A DNA stretch of 64,000 bases from Octopus sinensis (taxonomy: Eukaryota): contig NC_043015.1 of NCBI RefSeq assembly GCF_006345805.1, forward strand, positions 50,220,001 through 50,284,000. The letters run 5' to 3'. The notes beneath the pieces are model-generated. The model was not told the DNA's origin, did not search any database, and saw only the letters and a program-made list of their open reading frames with translations. The translations under genes were made by a program, and so were the position numbers. Below are positions 24,401 through 36,656 of this stretch, in pieces; the stretch's first letter is position 1, and each line of letters begins with the position of its first letter.

Positions 24401-26250
24401 CTCACCCCAGACACAACAGAATATGCTTCAACACACAAACTCATATAAAGAATCTTGCAAACCAAATCCAAAAACGAAAATAATAACCTTTTCTACAATT
24501 AGCAGAGGGCCTGCAATTTTGGGGGATTGGCACAATATTCAAAATAATCTTTTCTACAATAGGCACAAGGCCTGAAATTTTAATAATAGCAATAACAACG
24601 GGGGTGGGGTGTGGAGTGAAGGCTGAATCAAATATTACAATAAAAAAATTATAAATAGGGTTTACATAGAAATCAGACGAAATAAAAATAAAAAAAGTAC
24701 ACAGTATATAAATAGGTGATAGAGAAATAATGCCTTTATTATGTTGGTACAATGACAGAATGAGCTGGCAAATAAGCAGACAAAATGTAGAGTCATTGTG
24801 ACCAAACTGTCACATGATGCTTTCAGTGGTAATTGGTTCATTGTTTTGCATGAAGCTTCTTGTCAGCAGGCGGAGATGAAAACAATGACAGTTAAATAAA
24901 GCAGCAGAAGAATATCAGATTTTAGTCACCTCTGCATGTGATGAGAACCAACCATCATATGGTGGAGACGTACAATACCTCTTGGCTTGAAGTCTAATGT
25001 ACTTTTCATAAAAGATTTACTTTAACCCTTTAGTGTTCGCATTATTCTACCAAAATTAATGCTTTTTTATCCACATTGCCTTGAACTAATCATGCATTAT
25101 CTTGTAGCTTTGAGATTTTGATGAGGTAGCTGTTAATTTTTAAAACGATATTGTAGGGTTGGTGTGAGAGACCAAAGCTGGCCATTTTGAACATAAAACA
25201 GGCAGAATACTTTTGGCCGGATATGGCCGGTTTAAATGCTAAAGGGTGTTGGAGTTACCAGGGATGGAAGATAGGTGGGTCAATTTGAGCTAACTTGGCT
25301 TGTTTGGTTGACTACCTGTACACATCAGGGCAGAGTTAGCCTTGGGCTACATAACAACAACAACAAACATAGGACAGGTTTTGTTTGGCAAGTTTTGGCA
25401 CAAGGCCAGTGATTTCAGGGACATGGGGTTAGATGATTACAGTGACCCCGGTACTTCACTGGTAAAGGCGGCAAGCTGGCAGAAACGTTAGCATGCCGGG
25501 CGAAATGCTTAGCGGTATTTCGTCTGTTGCAACGTTGTGAGTTCAACTTTGCCTTTCATCCTTTCGGGGTCGATAAATTAAGTACCAGTTACGCACTGGG
25601 GTCGATGTAATCGACTTAATACCTATGTCTGTCCTTGTTTGTCCCCTCTATGTTTAGGCCCTTGTGGGTAATAAAGAAATAGGTACTATATTTTACCAAC
25701 CTCAGAATCAATGACAAAGTTGATCTCGGCAAGATATGAACTTGGAACATAAAGAGTGAAAAGAAATGTCACTAATCCTTTTAATCTGACATACTAATCA
25801 TTCTGCCGGCCTGCTGCCTTAAATGCAAGGTGTCCCAAAAGTCACTGATCGGTTTCAATTTTTAATAACTTCTTAACATTACAAATAAATGCATGAAATT
25901 TTGATTCAATATAAAGGAAATAATGGTCCCTGAGTAAGGGTTGTTTAAGGATGTTGAATGAAACACCCATGTTTCCAGAGGTGAATTATTCAAACCCCAA
26001 AGAATCCCTCTCAACGCATGGCTATGATGCTCACCCACTACTTCTGCTCATTATCTGAGATGCACATATCGTCAGCCACTAAGAGACATGCTCAACTGGT
26101 TAAGGTCAAGCAACTGACAAGCAAATCTGTGGTATTGAGCAGAATATTTGCTGTAGCCCATCTTTTATACCAAGACAAAACAATGTACATGATAACACTT
26201 CCAATCAGTTTAGATCAGAAACCACTGCCTGGTACTGCATCAGAGCATTT

Positions 26251-28710
26251 ATTATAATAATAATAATAATAATAATAATAATTGTGTACAGTGCTCAGGT
26301 GCACTACAACTCATCTAAAGTGTATATATAATCAGGTGTAGTTTCGGCGGATTTCGGAAAGCATGAGGGCCTTAAAAGATGCAGTGTCATGGCAGTCAAC
26401 AACTGACGCAGGCAGTTTATTCCATGCTTCAGCAACTCTGAGCGTGAAAAAATGTTTCCGAAAGTCATGGGAGCTGTATTGTTTTCTGACTTTGTAGGCA
26501 TGTCCACGTGTGTTAGACACATGGAGATCAAAAAGGTGTTCAGTGTTGTTGTTGGTGAGGTGGTTGATAACTTTGTGGGTGTTTACCAAGTCCGTCGCCA
26601 AACGCCGGAGCTTCAGTGAATCCATGCCCAGGGAAACAAGGCGCTCAGAATATGGTAGGTGTCTGATGGAGGGTATGCGTTTGGTTGCACGTCTCTGGAC
26701 AGATTCCAGGAGGTCAATGTTCTGTGCAAGATAGGGGTTCCAAACTGATGATGCGAATTCCAAGTGTGGTCGTACCATAGCTGTATACAGTTTTAAATAG
26801 ATGGCTGGAGAGCGGCTAACAAAAGACCTGCTGAGTGATGCCAAGACACCCTCGGCCTTCCTGACAATCTTAGAGATATGCTTTGACCAACGCAAATCAC
26901 TGCTGACAGTGATGCCTAGGTCACGCTCGCAAGAGGATTTCTTGATATCAGTGTTGTGGAGGGAGAATGTGAACGCAGTGTTTTTTCTCCCAAAATGCAT
27001 GGTGGTACACTTGTCCACAGCCAGTTTCAGTTGCCAGTCTGTGATCCATTGCTGCATTGTGTCTAGGTCTGATTGCAGGAAAGAGTTGTAGACATCAGGA
27101 TCTGTCCTCTTGATTTCAAGGTACAGCTTGATGTCGTCTGCATATTTCAATACTGTGGCATTCTTTAAATTGGCATCTATGTCGTTAATGTATGCCACAA
27201 ACAAGAGGGGACCAAGGACAGATCCCTGTGGTACACCCGATGACATCTCATATGGTGTAGAGTGCTGTCCTAGAACTGTGACTACCTCCTTTCGGCTGAG
27301 GATGAAGGATTTCAACCAGTTAAAAAGGTCATCCCCACACCCATTGCAGAGAGTTTCACCATAAGCCTTTTGTGTGGCACAGAGTTGAAAGCCTTAGCAA
27401 AGTCAAGGTAGACAACATCCACCCATGAGCCACTGTCAGTAATCTGAGTAATGTCCTCAAGGAACTCGACAAGCTGGTCACTGCAGCTGGAGTTAGGGAC
27501 AAATCCATATTGTGAGGGTCGGATGAGACTGTGAGAGCTCCAGAAGTTCCAGAGTGTTTCTCTGACACACGATTCCATCAGTTTTGCAATACAGCTAGTG
27601 AGACTGACTGGGCGATAGTTGACAGGTGATGTGCGGTCGCCCTTTTTGAACAGAGGAATGACACTGGCAGTTTTCCACTGCTCCGGAGTAGCACCATTGT
27701 TGAGACAGTACTGGAAGAAAATAGAAAGCTGGTGTAAAAGGAAGTGCCTGCCACGTTTGAGAAGCAGGTATGTAACTCCATCGAGACCAGGGGAGGCATA
27801 GTTGCGCTTATTTTGAAGGTGACGTCGCAGCATTGCAGGTGTAAATTCCATAGTTGTTATGGAGTTTGCTGTTAGTGATGGTGAAGATGGTACATTTTGA
27901 CTTTCAACAGTGAATATGTTTGCATAGCACTCGGCAATGAGTTCTGCGCATTCCTTGGGGTCGTCAGTGATCTGGTTTGTGTGAGGGTTGCGAAGAGGGC
28001 CCACTGGAGAGTGAGGTCTCTGCTTTGAGTGCACATATTTCCAGAAAACCTTGCTGTCAGGATTGGCTGCTATGCACTGTTCAAATTCAAGCACTGCTTT
28101 TTTTGTCACTTGCTTGAGATGGTTGGAGGATTTATTCCGCTTCTTCCTGTTGGTGTCTGATTTATGCAACCTGTATTCCCGTTCAGCAGTCCGACGTTCC
28201 CTCCTGGCAAGTCGGACCGACTGAAGTTCCCAAATTGCCCTTTTGGGGCGGTTCTTCTTTTTTGTTTACGTGGCACTGATGCTGCACATGCTGCCCATAT
28301 TGAGTCCAGGATACTCTGGAGTATAGTATTCACATCTCCAGAGTTGTAGAATTCACGCCAGTTTGGGTGCTGTAGTTCAGTGTGGTACAGGTTCCAATCT
28401 GCTCTCTTCCAATCGAAGGAAGCAGATTGGAGATGGTTCAGGTTTTTGTTGCCCGCAAGAGCCAGATTGGCGATGATCATAGCATGATCAGAGTCACCTA
28501 GAGGTTCCTCCGTAGTGCAATTGATAACCGCTTCAGGAGTTGTGGTGAAGAGCAGGTCCAAGGTGTTGTCGCCTCTTGTTGGAGAGGTGACTACTTGTGA
28601 CCAGTTTGAGTCCAGCACAAGCTCAACAAAATCGTTTGCACTCTGTGGCCAATGGAAGGTCTCCCAATCGATCTCAGGATGATTGAAATCGCCTGCAATA
28701 AACACATTTC
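26251..28710 (-). mobile_element. 5'-truncated CR1-clade LINE, ORF2 (APE endonuclease C-terminal half plus RT) with two frameshifts, in ATG3 intron 5
   Basis: Motifs GDFNHPEIDW, RGDNTLDLLFT, LGDSDH, YLDFAKAFNSVPH, GVPQGSVLGPLLF, YADD, ERDLG, LESVQRRATK, FFTLRVAEAWNKLP. Frameshifts near 28240 and 27335. Short 3' UTR with a stem-loop and an (ATT)n tail at 26251-26283. Confidence 0.95.
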
Positions 28711-29774
28711 ACCAAGGTTAACATTGCCTTCGTTATTCTGGGTTCTATGGAATTCATTACTAATCAGATATTATGACTACCTGCTTCCCCTCAAATTTAG
28801 GCCCTGAATATGTTAGAAACAGTCACTAATGTTATCTCTTTTAAAGAATCTAATTAATAGTGTTTGTCAGTGTAATTATCTGACTGAACAGCTGAGATGA
28901 AAGTTCGTTTGAGATAAGTCTCATGTAAAGGTCAGGTCTTGTCATATTTGCTGACTTGTGATAAGATATGATTAGAAAATTAAATTATTATTATTATTAT
29001 TCAGGTCACTGCCTGGAATAGAACTCAGAATCTTCTAGAAATAGCAGCCAAAGCTTTTCCACCTTACCATCTTAAGAAAAAGAAAAAAGGTGATATTGGA
29101 CAGCATAGTGCTGAGTATAAAAATTAGTGTGGTCATGGTTGGAGTGTCTGTGATTGTAGATGAGTTTGGTCAGGGTTGATTTGGGACTAATCAACGATAT
29201 TCTACCTTTTGGGCCAATGAGACTCTAAAAGCTACAGAAGGAAGCCAGGACAGTTGATTAATTACTGGATACTTGTCCATCATGGCTTTTTTAGGGTGTT
29301 AATCGGAGCAGCAGGACTTGGGAACCTATTTTGGTTGTGTTGTGCTTAAATAAAAAGCATGAGGATGTACTGTTTATTGGTGTGAAGTCCCAATCAATTT
29401 CTTAAAAATATTTCTATGTTGCATTGAACATCATTTTTTATTTCCTAATTAGAAAAAAAAACATTTAATTATTTTTTGAAAAGGTGATAATACAGTTTTT
29501 GTGTGTGTATGTCTGTCTGCCTGTCTATCCATCTATCCATCCATGACATTGCATAGGAAAAGATGAAGCACAGTGTATCCAGCTATGGCTAATCAGTCTG
29601 ATGCATGCTTGGAAGGCTTTGCCACAGGGTGGCCACTGGTGGTCTGTTGAGACTGAAGGCAAGGAGTTGGTTCTGGATGTGGTTTGTGTTTTCTTTGTGC
29701 CCCAGTAATCCTGGTCTGTTCATAGAAGGTAACTCCTCTGTTGGTGCAGCTTCGCCAGGCAGGGCAGTCTTCTG

Positions 29775-29930
29775 CTAAATGTGGATAGAAACTGTGGAAG
29801 AGGGAAATCTAGGAAGATAGATGAAATAGCGAAGACTGACCTCAGGATGTTGAATCTCATGGAGATGACAAAGGATTGAGATGACTGGTGATTCACCTGT
29901 GCTCAAGAAGACCCATCCAACTCAGCAAAA
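29775..29930 (+). mobile_element. Decayed RTE ORF C-terminus followed by an A-tract
   Basis: LNVDRNCGRGKSRKIDEIAKTDLRMLNLMEMTKD*DDW resembles RTE RGRPRKTWDEVV..DL..L.L...MT.DR..W. Confidence 0.6.
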
Positions 29931-30193
29931 AAAAAAAAAAAAAAAAGAAAAGGTCTATCCTCCCACATTTAATCTGTCCCCATTAAACTTTCCCCACAAC
30001 TCATCTTCCTATTACCCATCCCTTCATCACTCTTCTGACTATGGCACTATTTGCTCAGCTGCTGTAATTATGTCGTAAAGATTGTTTACCAACATAGCAT
30101 GGTAGTCCTGGTTTAGGACTAATGTTGCTGTATATTAGCCCAAGGAGACATCGTCTCCAGTTGGCTATACGACACAAAATTAAGCATCTAGTG

Positions 30194-30480
30194 CTGTGGT
30201 TCTCAACCAGAGTCCCATATGGTCCTTGAGGGGCCCGCATAAGATTTTGTTGTTAAAATTTATGTACAATAAATCGGTTTACTCTTTTGCAAGGCACAAA
30301 ATATTTTAACATTTCTTTACACAATTCCTAATAATATTTAAGTATAAAAGTATATATATATATATAAAAAAAATATAAATGATTTTTAAACGTTGAATGG
30401 CTATGAGGGTCCACCTGAATAAAATACGAACGAAAGAGATCCATACGCAAAACAAAACAAAAAGCGGTTGAGAACCATCG
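30194..30480. mobile_element. hAT (Charlie-like) MITE, 287 bp
   Basis: TIRs CTGTGGTTCTCAACC / GGTTGAGAACCATCG and a perfect 8-bp TSD ATCTAGTG (30186-30193 and 30481-30488). Confidence 0.9.
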
Positions 30481-30577
30481 ATCTAGTGCAGTGCTCCGCG
30501 GCACACTGCTGTACCACGAGACAATGCTAGGTGTTCCGTTGTGTAACCTGAATATAATTGTTTTCCTTATACTTTTA

Positions 30578-30975
30578 CTAGCAGTATCGCCCGGCGTTGC
30601 TTGGGTTTGTTTCGACCCTTTAGAATTGGGATTTTTGAAAAGTAAAAAATTTGCATTATGTAGCTTGTTATTCTCTTTAAGTGAACATTTTTCTGGTTGA
30701 AATACACCGAAAAATGGCAACACAGCAGTCAAAAAATCGTAAAAAATAGGGATTTTCATTGAAAAAAAGCACCTTTTTGATGTAAATAATTTTTGGTCTT
30801 AACTTGGTCCGATTTGAATTTTTTCTTCTACGGAAGGAAGAGCAAGCCTTCTTCTATCATACTCTCAATTTTGGTCAGCTTGCGCCGCAGGGTCTCGGAG
30901 GAGATAGTGTTAGTTGAAGGCTACCAAACCTGCCATACACAGACAACATCAGCTTTATATATATATATATATATA
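30578..30975 (-). mobile_element. Second Helitron-like element
   Basis: The - strand 3' end is CCCAAGCAACGCCGGG hairpin, then CGATACTG-CTAG|T. The 5' end merges into (TA)n via ...TATATAAAGCTG. Confidence 0.75.
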
Positions 30976-31604
30976 CTTTATTTAAAGCAGCAGAAAATTC
31001 AACAAAACCTGTTACTCTGAGTTTCCCGTTGCCGGTATATATATATATATTTATATATAAAGATTTATATTTATATTTTTAATTCAGGTGTACCGCCAGA
31101 TTTTGAAAAGAATATAAGTGTACCGCAAGTGAAAAGAGATTGCAGAGCGCTGGTCCAGTGTGCGTGCGTGTGAGTGTTTGTCTCTAGCCTGAATGTCTAT
31201 GAACTGACAAGGGAGATAACTTCTCTATCATATATCTGCAGTTACTTCAGGCTGATGTTATGCATTGCAATGTGTGTGTGTGTGTTAAAGTAAGAGTGCA
31301 CAATGTGTTTCGCATTTTTCTCATTTGTTTGAAGCTAAAGCTTTATTGCTGCTGCTCTCACCCCAGTTAATGTTTATCAGATGATCATGGCAAGGCTTTT
31401 GAACTTGGTGCATTTCCCAGCTTTGAAGACCAAAATTTTTTTTTTTTAGCTCTAAAATGAGAATGAAATATTTACGGTGGATTCCAGAAGGCGAAGGTTA
31501 CATTTAGCATCATCCAATTCAAACAACTCTACTAGGGTAGAGTTATTTATGCCAAACCTAAAATAATGATAGACTTTCACATCAATGCTTTATGTACCAC
31601 CCAT

Positions 31605-32010
31605 GGGTTAATGTTGACATTATTACCCAGAAACAAAATCGAAAAAAAAAGAAAAGGAAATAGTTCAACGGGTGTGAAAAAAGAAGGTGTTGGAAACGAA
31701 TCAACAGGGAGTGGCGAGAGGTTTTCGGAAAATTCACAAGATCCGATATTTTTCCCTCGTAAGTGAGGAAAATGGATATCTTTCTACTTCATTCCCTCGT
31801 AGGGAACGAATCTGAAAACAAAAATGCGTGGAAAGCAAGGGGTGAGAGGTCTTCGGAAAATTCACAAGATTCACAAGATCCGAGTTTTTCCCTTGTAACT
31901 TTAAGGAAAATATAATCCTTTTGAAATCACGAATTAGGCTTTGCCGCAGGAACTTGGATGCTTAACATCCATTTGAAGGGTTCGGGTCTTTACCTCTACT
32001 ATATATATAT

Positions 32011-32048
<38 letters not shown>

Positions 32049-32257
32049 GGGAGAGTTTATGAAAAAAGACAGACAGGTGGTGTACAAAACAAACAGATGT
32101 ATTAGTATAACGCTCAGGAATAGAAAAGTCTTTTACGTTTCGAGCCTACGCTCTTCTACAGAAAGGGACACAGAAAAAACAAGGAGAGAAAAAAATGTGT
32201 GTAGTGGCTAACAATCTATCATGGCGACTAGTGCTGGACAGAAGGGTCAAACATGAG

Positions 32258-32295
<38 letters not shown>

Positions 32296-32782
32296 CACAC
32301 ACATATATATACATACATCATACGCACACACACGCATATAGTAGAAGGTCCCGAACCCTTCAAAGGAATGTTTAGCATCCAAGTTCCTGAGGAAAACCCT
32401 AGCTTGTGATTTCAAAAGGATTATATTTTCCTCAAAGTTACGAGGGAAAAACTCGGATCTTATAAATATTGGGAATTTTCCGAAGTCCTCTCACCACCCC
32501 CTCGGAAAAGATTTTCCCCACAAATTTCTTTATAATCGTAATCTATACCGTTTGAAAGGTATTTATATAAAATTTCATTAAATAAAAAAAACCCATTTTT
32601 CTAAAAGTTATGAGGGAAAGACATCAGATCTTGTGAATTTTCCAAAGGCTTCTCCCCACCCCCACGTTGATTTCTGGTCATTTTTATTTTCATATTCGTT
32701 TCCTGCACTTTTTTACACCTGTTGCACTATATATATATACTTTTTTTGATTTCGTTTTGGATAATAATGTCAACATTAACCC
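31605..32782. repeat. Long inverted repeat, arms 31605-32001 and 32339-32782
   Basis: Reverse-complement blocks include GGGTTAATGTTGACATTATT / AATAATGTCAACATTAACCC and GGAACTTGGATGCT / AGCATCCAAGTTCC. Both arms end at CTACTA followed by (TA)n. Confidence 0.85.
32128..32167 (-). ncRNA. Candidate minimal type I hammerhead variant in a (TA)n-flanked ~210-bp element (32049-32260)
   Basis: Stem I CUUU/AAAG; core CUGUAGA (A6U); extra A; stem II GAGC-GUAG-GCUC; GAA; palindromic ACGU; GUA triplet. Confidence 0.5.
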
Positions 32783-32856
32783 CCACGTATGTATAACCTC
32801 TTATGTTTTACATCTGTAACATTTTTTTTTTACTTTTCGTTTTTAACTTTTTAAAG

Positions 32857-32979
32857 ATATCTTCAAAAATTGGTCCGCCAAATACCAGTGGTGTGGACGA
32901 TGATGATGACGACGATGATGAAGAAGCTGAAGATATGGAAGCGTTTGAACAGAGTGGAATGTTGGAAGACCAAGATAAT
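32857..32979 (+). CDS. ATG3: ATG3 exon 6 (ISSKIGPPNTSGVDDDDDDDDEEAEDMEAFEQSGMLEDQDN; acidic ATG7/ATG12-interacting region)
   Basis: T-rich tract plus aaag acceptor, 123 nt, AAT|gtgatt donor. Resembles the vertebrate EAADMEEYEESGLLE segment. Confidence 0.93.
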
Positions 32980-34700
32980 GTGATTATATTTCTTTTTTTT
33001 TTTTTAGTTTTTTTTTTTTTTATTGCATCTGTTTCTAAGGAGTTACCCTGGATCTTTAGTTACCAACTTGTATTTGTGTGTCTGCAGATAATATTTGGCA
33101 GTCGGAGCACCTGGAAATTATTGCCACTTTTAAGGGGAAAGAAATTTATGAAAAGAAAAAAAATGTAGTAAAAATTATTCTATGATTTCTTTTTCTATCC
33201 CTCCCTCCACATACACACACACACACACGTATGCGCGCACGCACAAACACATATGCATGTACACACACACACATTGCTGCTTCCCAACCACAAGACGATG
33301 CTAGGTGTACTGCAGTGTAACCTGAATATAATTTTTTTCCCTATACTTTTTTAGTTATATTTTTGTTAGGTGTGTCGCACATACACACACACAATCACAG
33401 TCATACACATCGCTGCTTCACAACCACATAATTTCAGGTTCAGTCCCACTGCATGGTACCTTAGGCAAGTACCTTTTACTATACTCTCAGGTCAACCAAA
33501 ACCTTGTGAGTAGGTTTAGTAGAAGGAAACTGAAAGAAGCCCATTGTATATAAATACATGTGTGGTGTTGCCTTCTTTTGACATTGCTTGATAGTTGTAA
33601 ACGAGTGTCACCGTCATACAAGCAGAGTCCTTCATTTCCAATCTTTTGTGAGAATACGCCTGGTCATGGAGGAAACATTACCTTGCATGGAAACATGTAG
33701 GTGTTGGTGACAGGAAGAGCATCCAGCCATAGAAAATCTGCCTCAGCGAATTCCATGCAACCATGGAAAAGTTGTTAAGATGGTGATTGTTTATTTAAAG
33801 TTTTTCCCGTAACATGGGGGTTAGTTGAATACATATTATTGGCCATTACTTATATACATATTTCTTTATTACCCACAAGGGGCTAAACATAGAGGGGACA
33901 AACAAGGACAGACATAGGTATTAAGTCAATTACATCGACCCCAGTGCGTAACTGGTACTTAATTCATCGACCCCGAAAGGATGAAAGGCAAAGTCGACTC
34001 AGGCAAATTTCAACTCAGAATGTAGCAACAGACGAAATACGGCTACGCATTTCGCCTGGCGTGCTAACGTTTCTGCCAGCTCGCCGCCTTAGTTATATAC
34101 AGCTGGATGCCCTTCTTCTCACTAACACTTAACTTTTTTCCCCAAGTAAAGAAGTTTTCATTCGATTCATTTTTGAAATCACAGACGATCCCTTCAAGCT
34201 GATCTGCCAAGCATTTGCACTCTGCTGAGGAGAGTGCAAGTCAGGTGGACAAGCCACTGTTCAAATGCTTGACAAACAACTCCCCCTGAGACTGATTTAT
34301 AACAAGCTGGTAGGGTGCTAAGAGCACCATCTGAGCGTGATCGTTGCCAGAGCGGCTAACTCGCTTCCGTGCTGGTGACATGTAGGAGGCACCATTCGAG
34401 TGGGATCGTTACCAGCCTCGCCTTAGTGGCACCTGTGCCGTTGGCATGTGTAAAAAGATTCGAGCAAGGTCGTTGCCAGTACTGCCTGACTGGCCCCCGT
34501 GTTGGTGGCAGGTAAAAGCACCCACTACACTCTAGGAGTGGTTGGCGTTAGGAAGGGCATCCAGCTGTAGAAACTCTGCCAGATCAAGACTGGAGCCTGT
34601 TGCAGCCATCTGGTTCGCCAGCTTTCAGTCAAAGTCCAACCCATGCTAGCATGGAAAGTGGACGTTAAACGATGATGATGATGGTAGAAGGCGAGGTTGA

Positions 34701-35030
34701 CAGAAAGAGCGCTTCAAGAATACCCTCAAAGCTTCACTGAAGGGCTTTGAGATCAACCCTGACACCTGGGAAACTCAAGCACAAGAGATGCACCGATAGT
34801 GGTTCCACCTATGAAGAGAACAGGACAGAATTGTAGAGGCACAAAGACCACACGAACTATGCAAGCCCAGAGCCAGCCCTTTGCCTTCAGTCCCGACAGA
34901 CCCACAGTGGCCAACACGTAGCAGGCCTTTCCAAGTACACATTGGACTGAATAGACACAACTAGACATTCCATATCCCGTCATCTTCTCCAATGCGATGC
35001 CCTTGGTCATTGTCGACGACAGACGAACTA
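34701..35030 (+). mobile_element. RTE (BovB-like) LINE C-terminal fragment
   Basis: QKERFKNTLKASLKGFEINPDTWETQAQE...IVEAQR...RPFQVHIGLNRH resembles the RTE ORF end (QKKRFKDTLK...W...IAEAQ...C..C.R.F...IGL.SH). A related antisense copy lies at about 29575-29780. Confidence 0.75.
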
Positions 35031-35590
35031 ATTTACCTTTTGTCTTTCTTACTATCAGTCTTGAAGGCTCTGAAAAGGGTCCTAGGACACTGCCCTTTAT
35101 TTCTCCTATTTAAAAAAAGAAAAAGAAAAAAAAAGACATTTAAATTAAGCACAATATTATATTTAGAGATGCCGAACCGAATGAATAGTTTTCTGGTTAA
35201 CAGAATCCGTCGTTTAATCATTTGATTGCTCCCAGAAACAATAATCGATAAAGGGAGATAATAATGAACTAACAAGGGAGATAACTTTACTGAAATGGTG
35301 TCAACTTTTAAAAATAAGTATATTGTTTCTTTATCACTTTTTCTTCTTTCGCTTGTTTCAGTCATTAGACTGCGACCATGCTGGGGCACCGCCTTAAGGA
35401 ATTTTAGTCAAACGAAGCGATCCCCCAATACGTTTTTTTTTAAGTTTGGTCCTTATTCTGTCAAGTCTTTCTGTACTTAAGAAAAAAATGTTAAAACTCC
35501 ATAACAACGTAATTAGTTCAGTTACGAACGTATAAATATCGTTTCAGTTTAATTTGGTTCTAAATGTATTTTTAATGTTTGTTTCTCCAG

Positions 35591-35740
35591 GCCACAATTG
35601 AGATTCGACCAACTGTTCCCGGCAGTGAAGGAACCTTATCGGGCGAGAATGGAGTTTTACAAACTCGTACATATGATCTTAACATTACTTATGATAAATA
35701 TTACCAAACTCCACGGCTCTGGCTCTATGGCTACGATGAG
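35591..35740 (+). CDS. ATG3: ATG3 exon 7 ([50 protein letters not shown])
   Basis: ctccag acceptor, 150 nt, GAG|gtaaga donor. Confidence 0.98.
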
Positions 35741-36656
35741 GTAAGATTCTTTCTCGTTTCACTCTGTATCTGCGAAGACCATCTTAACATTTTGGCACAG
35801 GGTCAGCAGTTTTTGAGGGGAGGAGCTAATCAATTATATCAACCCCAGTACTGGACTGGTACTTATTTTATAGACTCCAAAAGGATGAAAGGCAAAGTCA
35901 TCCTCAGTGGAATTTGAACTCAGAATATCAAGACAGACTAAAGCTTCTAAGCACTTTGTCCAGCATCCTAATGAATCTGCCAGTTCAATAATAATAATAC
36001 TACTAATGATAATAATGATAATAGTAATGGTTCCAAATTTTGGCACAAGGCCAGTAATTTTTAAGGGAACTGGAAATCATTTATATTGATCTCAGTACTT
36101 GACTGGTACTTTATTAACCCCAAAAGGATGAGTTTAAATTGTCCTCGGCAGAATTTGAACTTAAAATGTAAGGAGCTGGAAAATAAGCCATTAAGTGTTT
36201 TATCCAATACACATTTCTTCCAGCTTGCCACACCAATACTACTACTACTTACTACTACTACTAATAATAATAATCATGATGGTGGTGGTGGTTGTGGTGA
36301 TTCCTGTTAATTTTGACATATGAGCATTTGAAGGAAAAGATGAAAAAAAAAGGGATAAAACAAAAAAATTGCGTTTATTTGTCATCATTATCATCATTAT
36401 CATCATACGTCTGTTGTCCATGTTGGCATGGTTTGTACAGTTTGACCAGGGCTGGTAAGCTGAGGGGCTGCACCAGACTCTGGTCTGATTTGGCATGGTT
36501 TCTATGGCTGGATGCCTTTTGAGAGTGTAATGGGTGCTTTATGTGCCACCAGCATGGGTGCCATTATGACACCAGTATTTGCCATGACTGCGATTTTGCT
36601 TGGCTTGATGGGTCTTCTCAAGCACGGCATCATAATGTCAAAGGTCTTGGTCATTA

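Noticed and set aside
32803-32856. ATG-initiated extensions of ORF-track entries overlapping ATG3 exons (also at 7676, 35579 and 37043)
   Set aside because: These are intronic polypyrimidine tracts or internal codons. The true boundaries are set by the splice sites.
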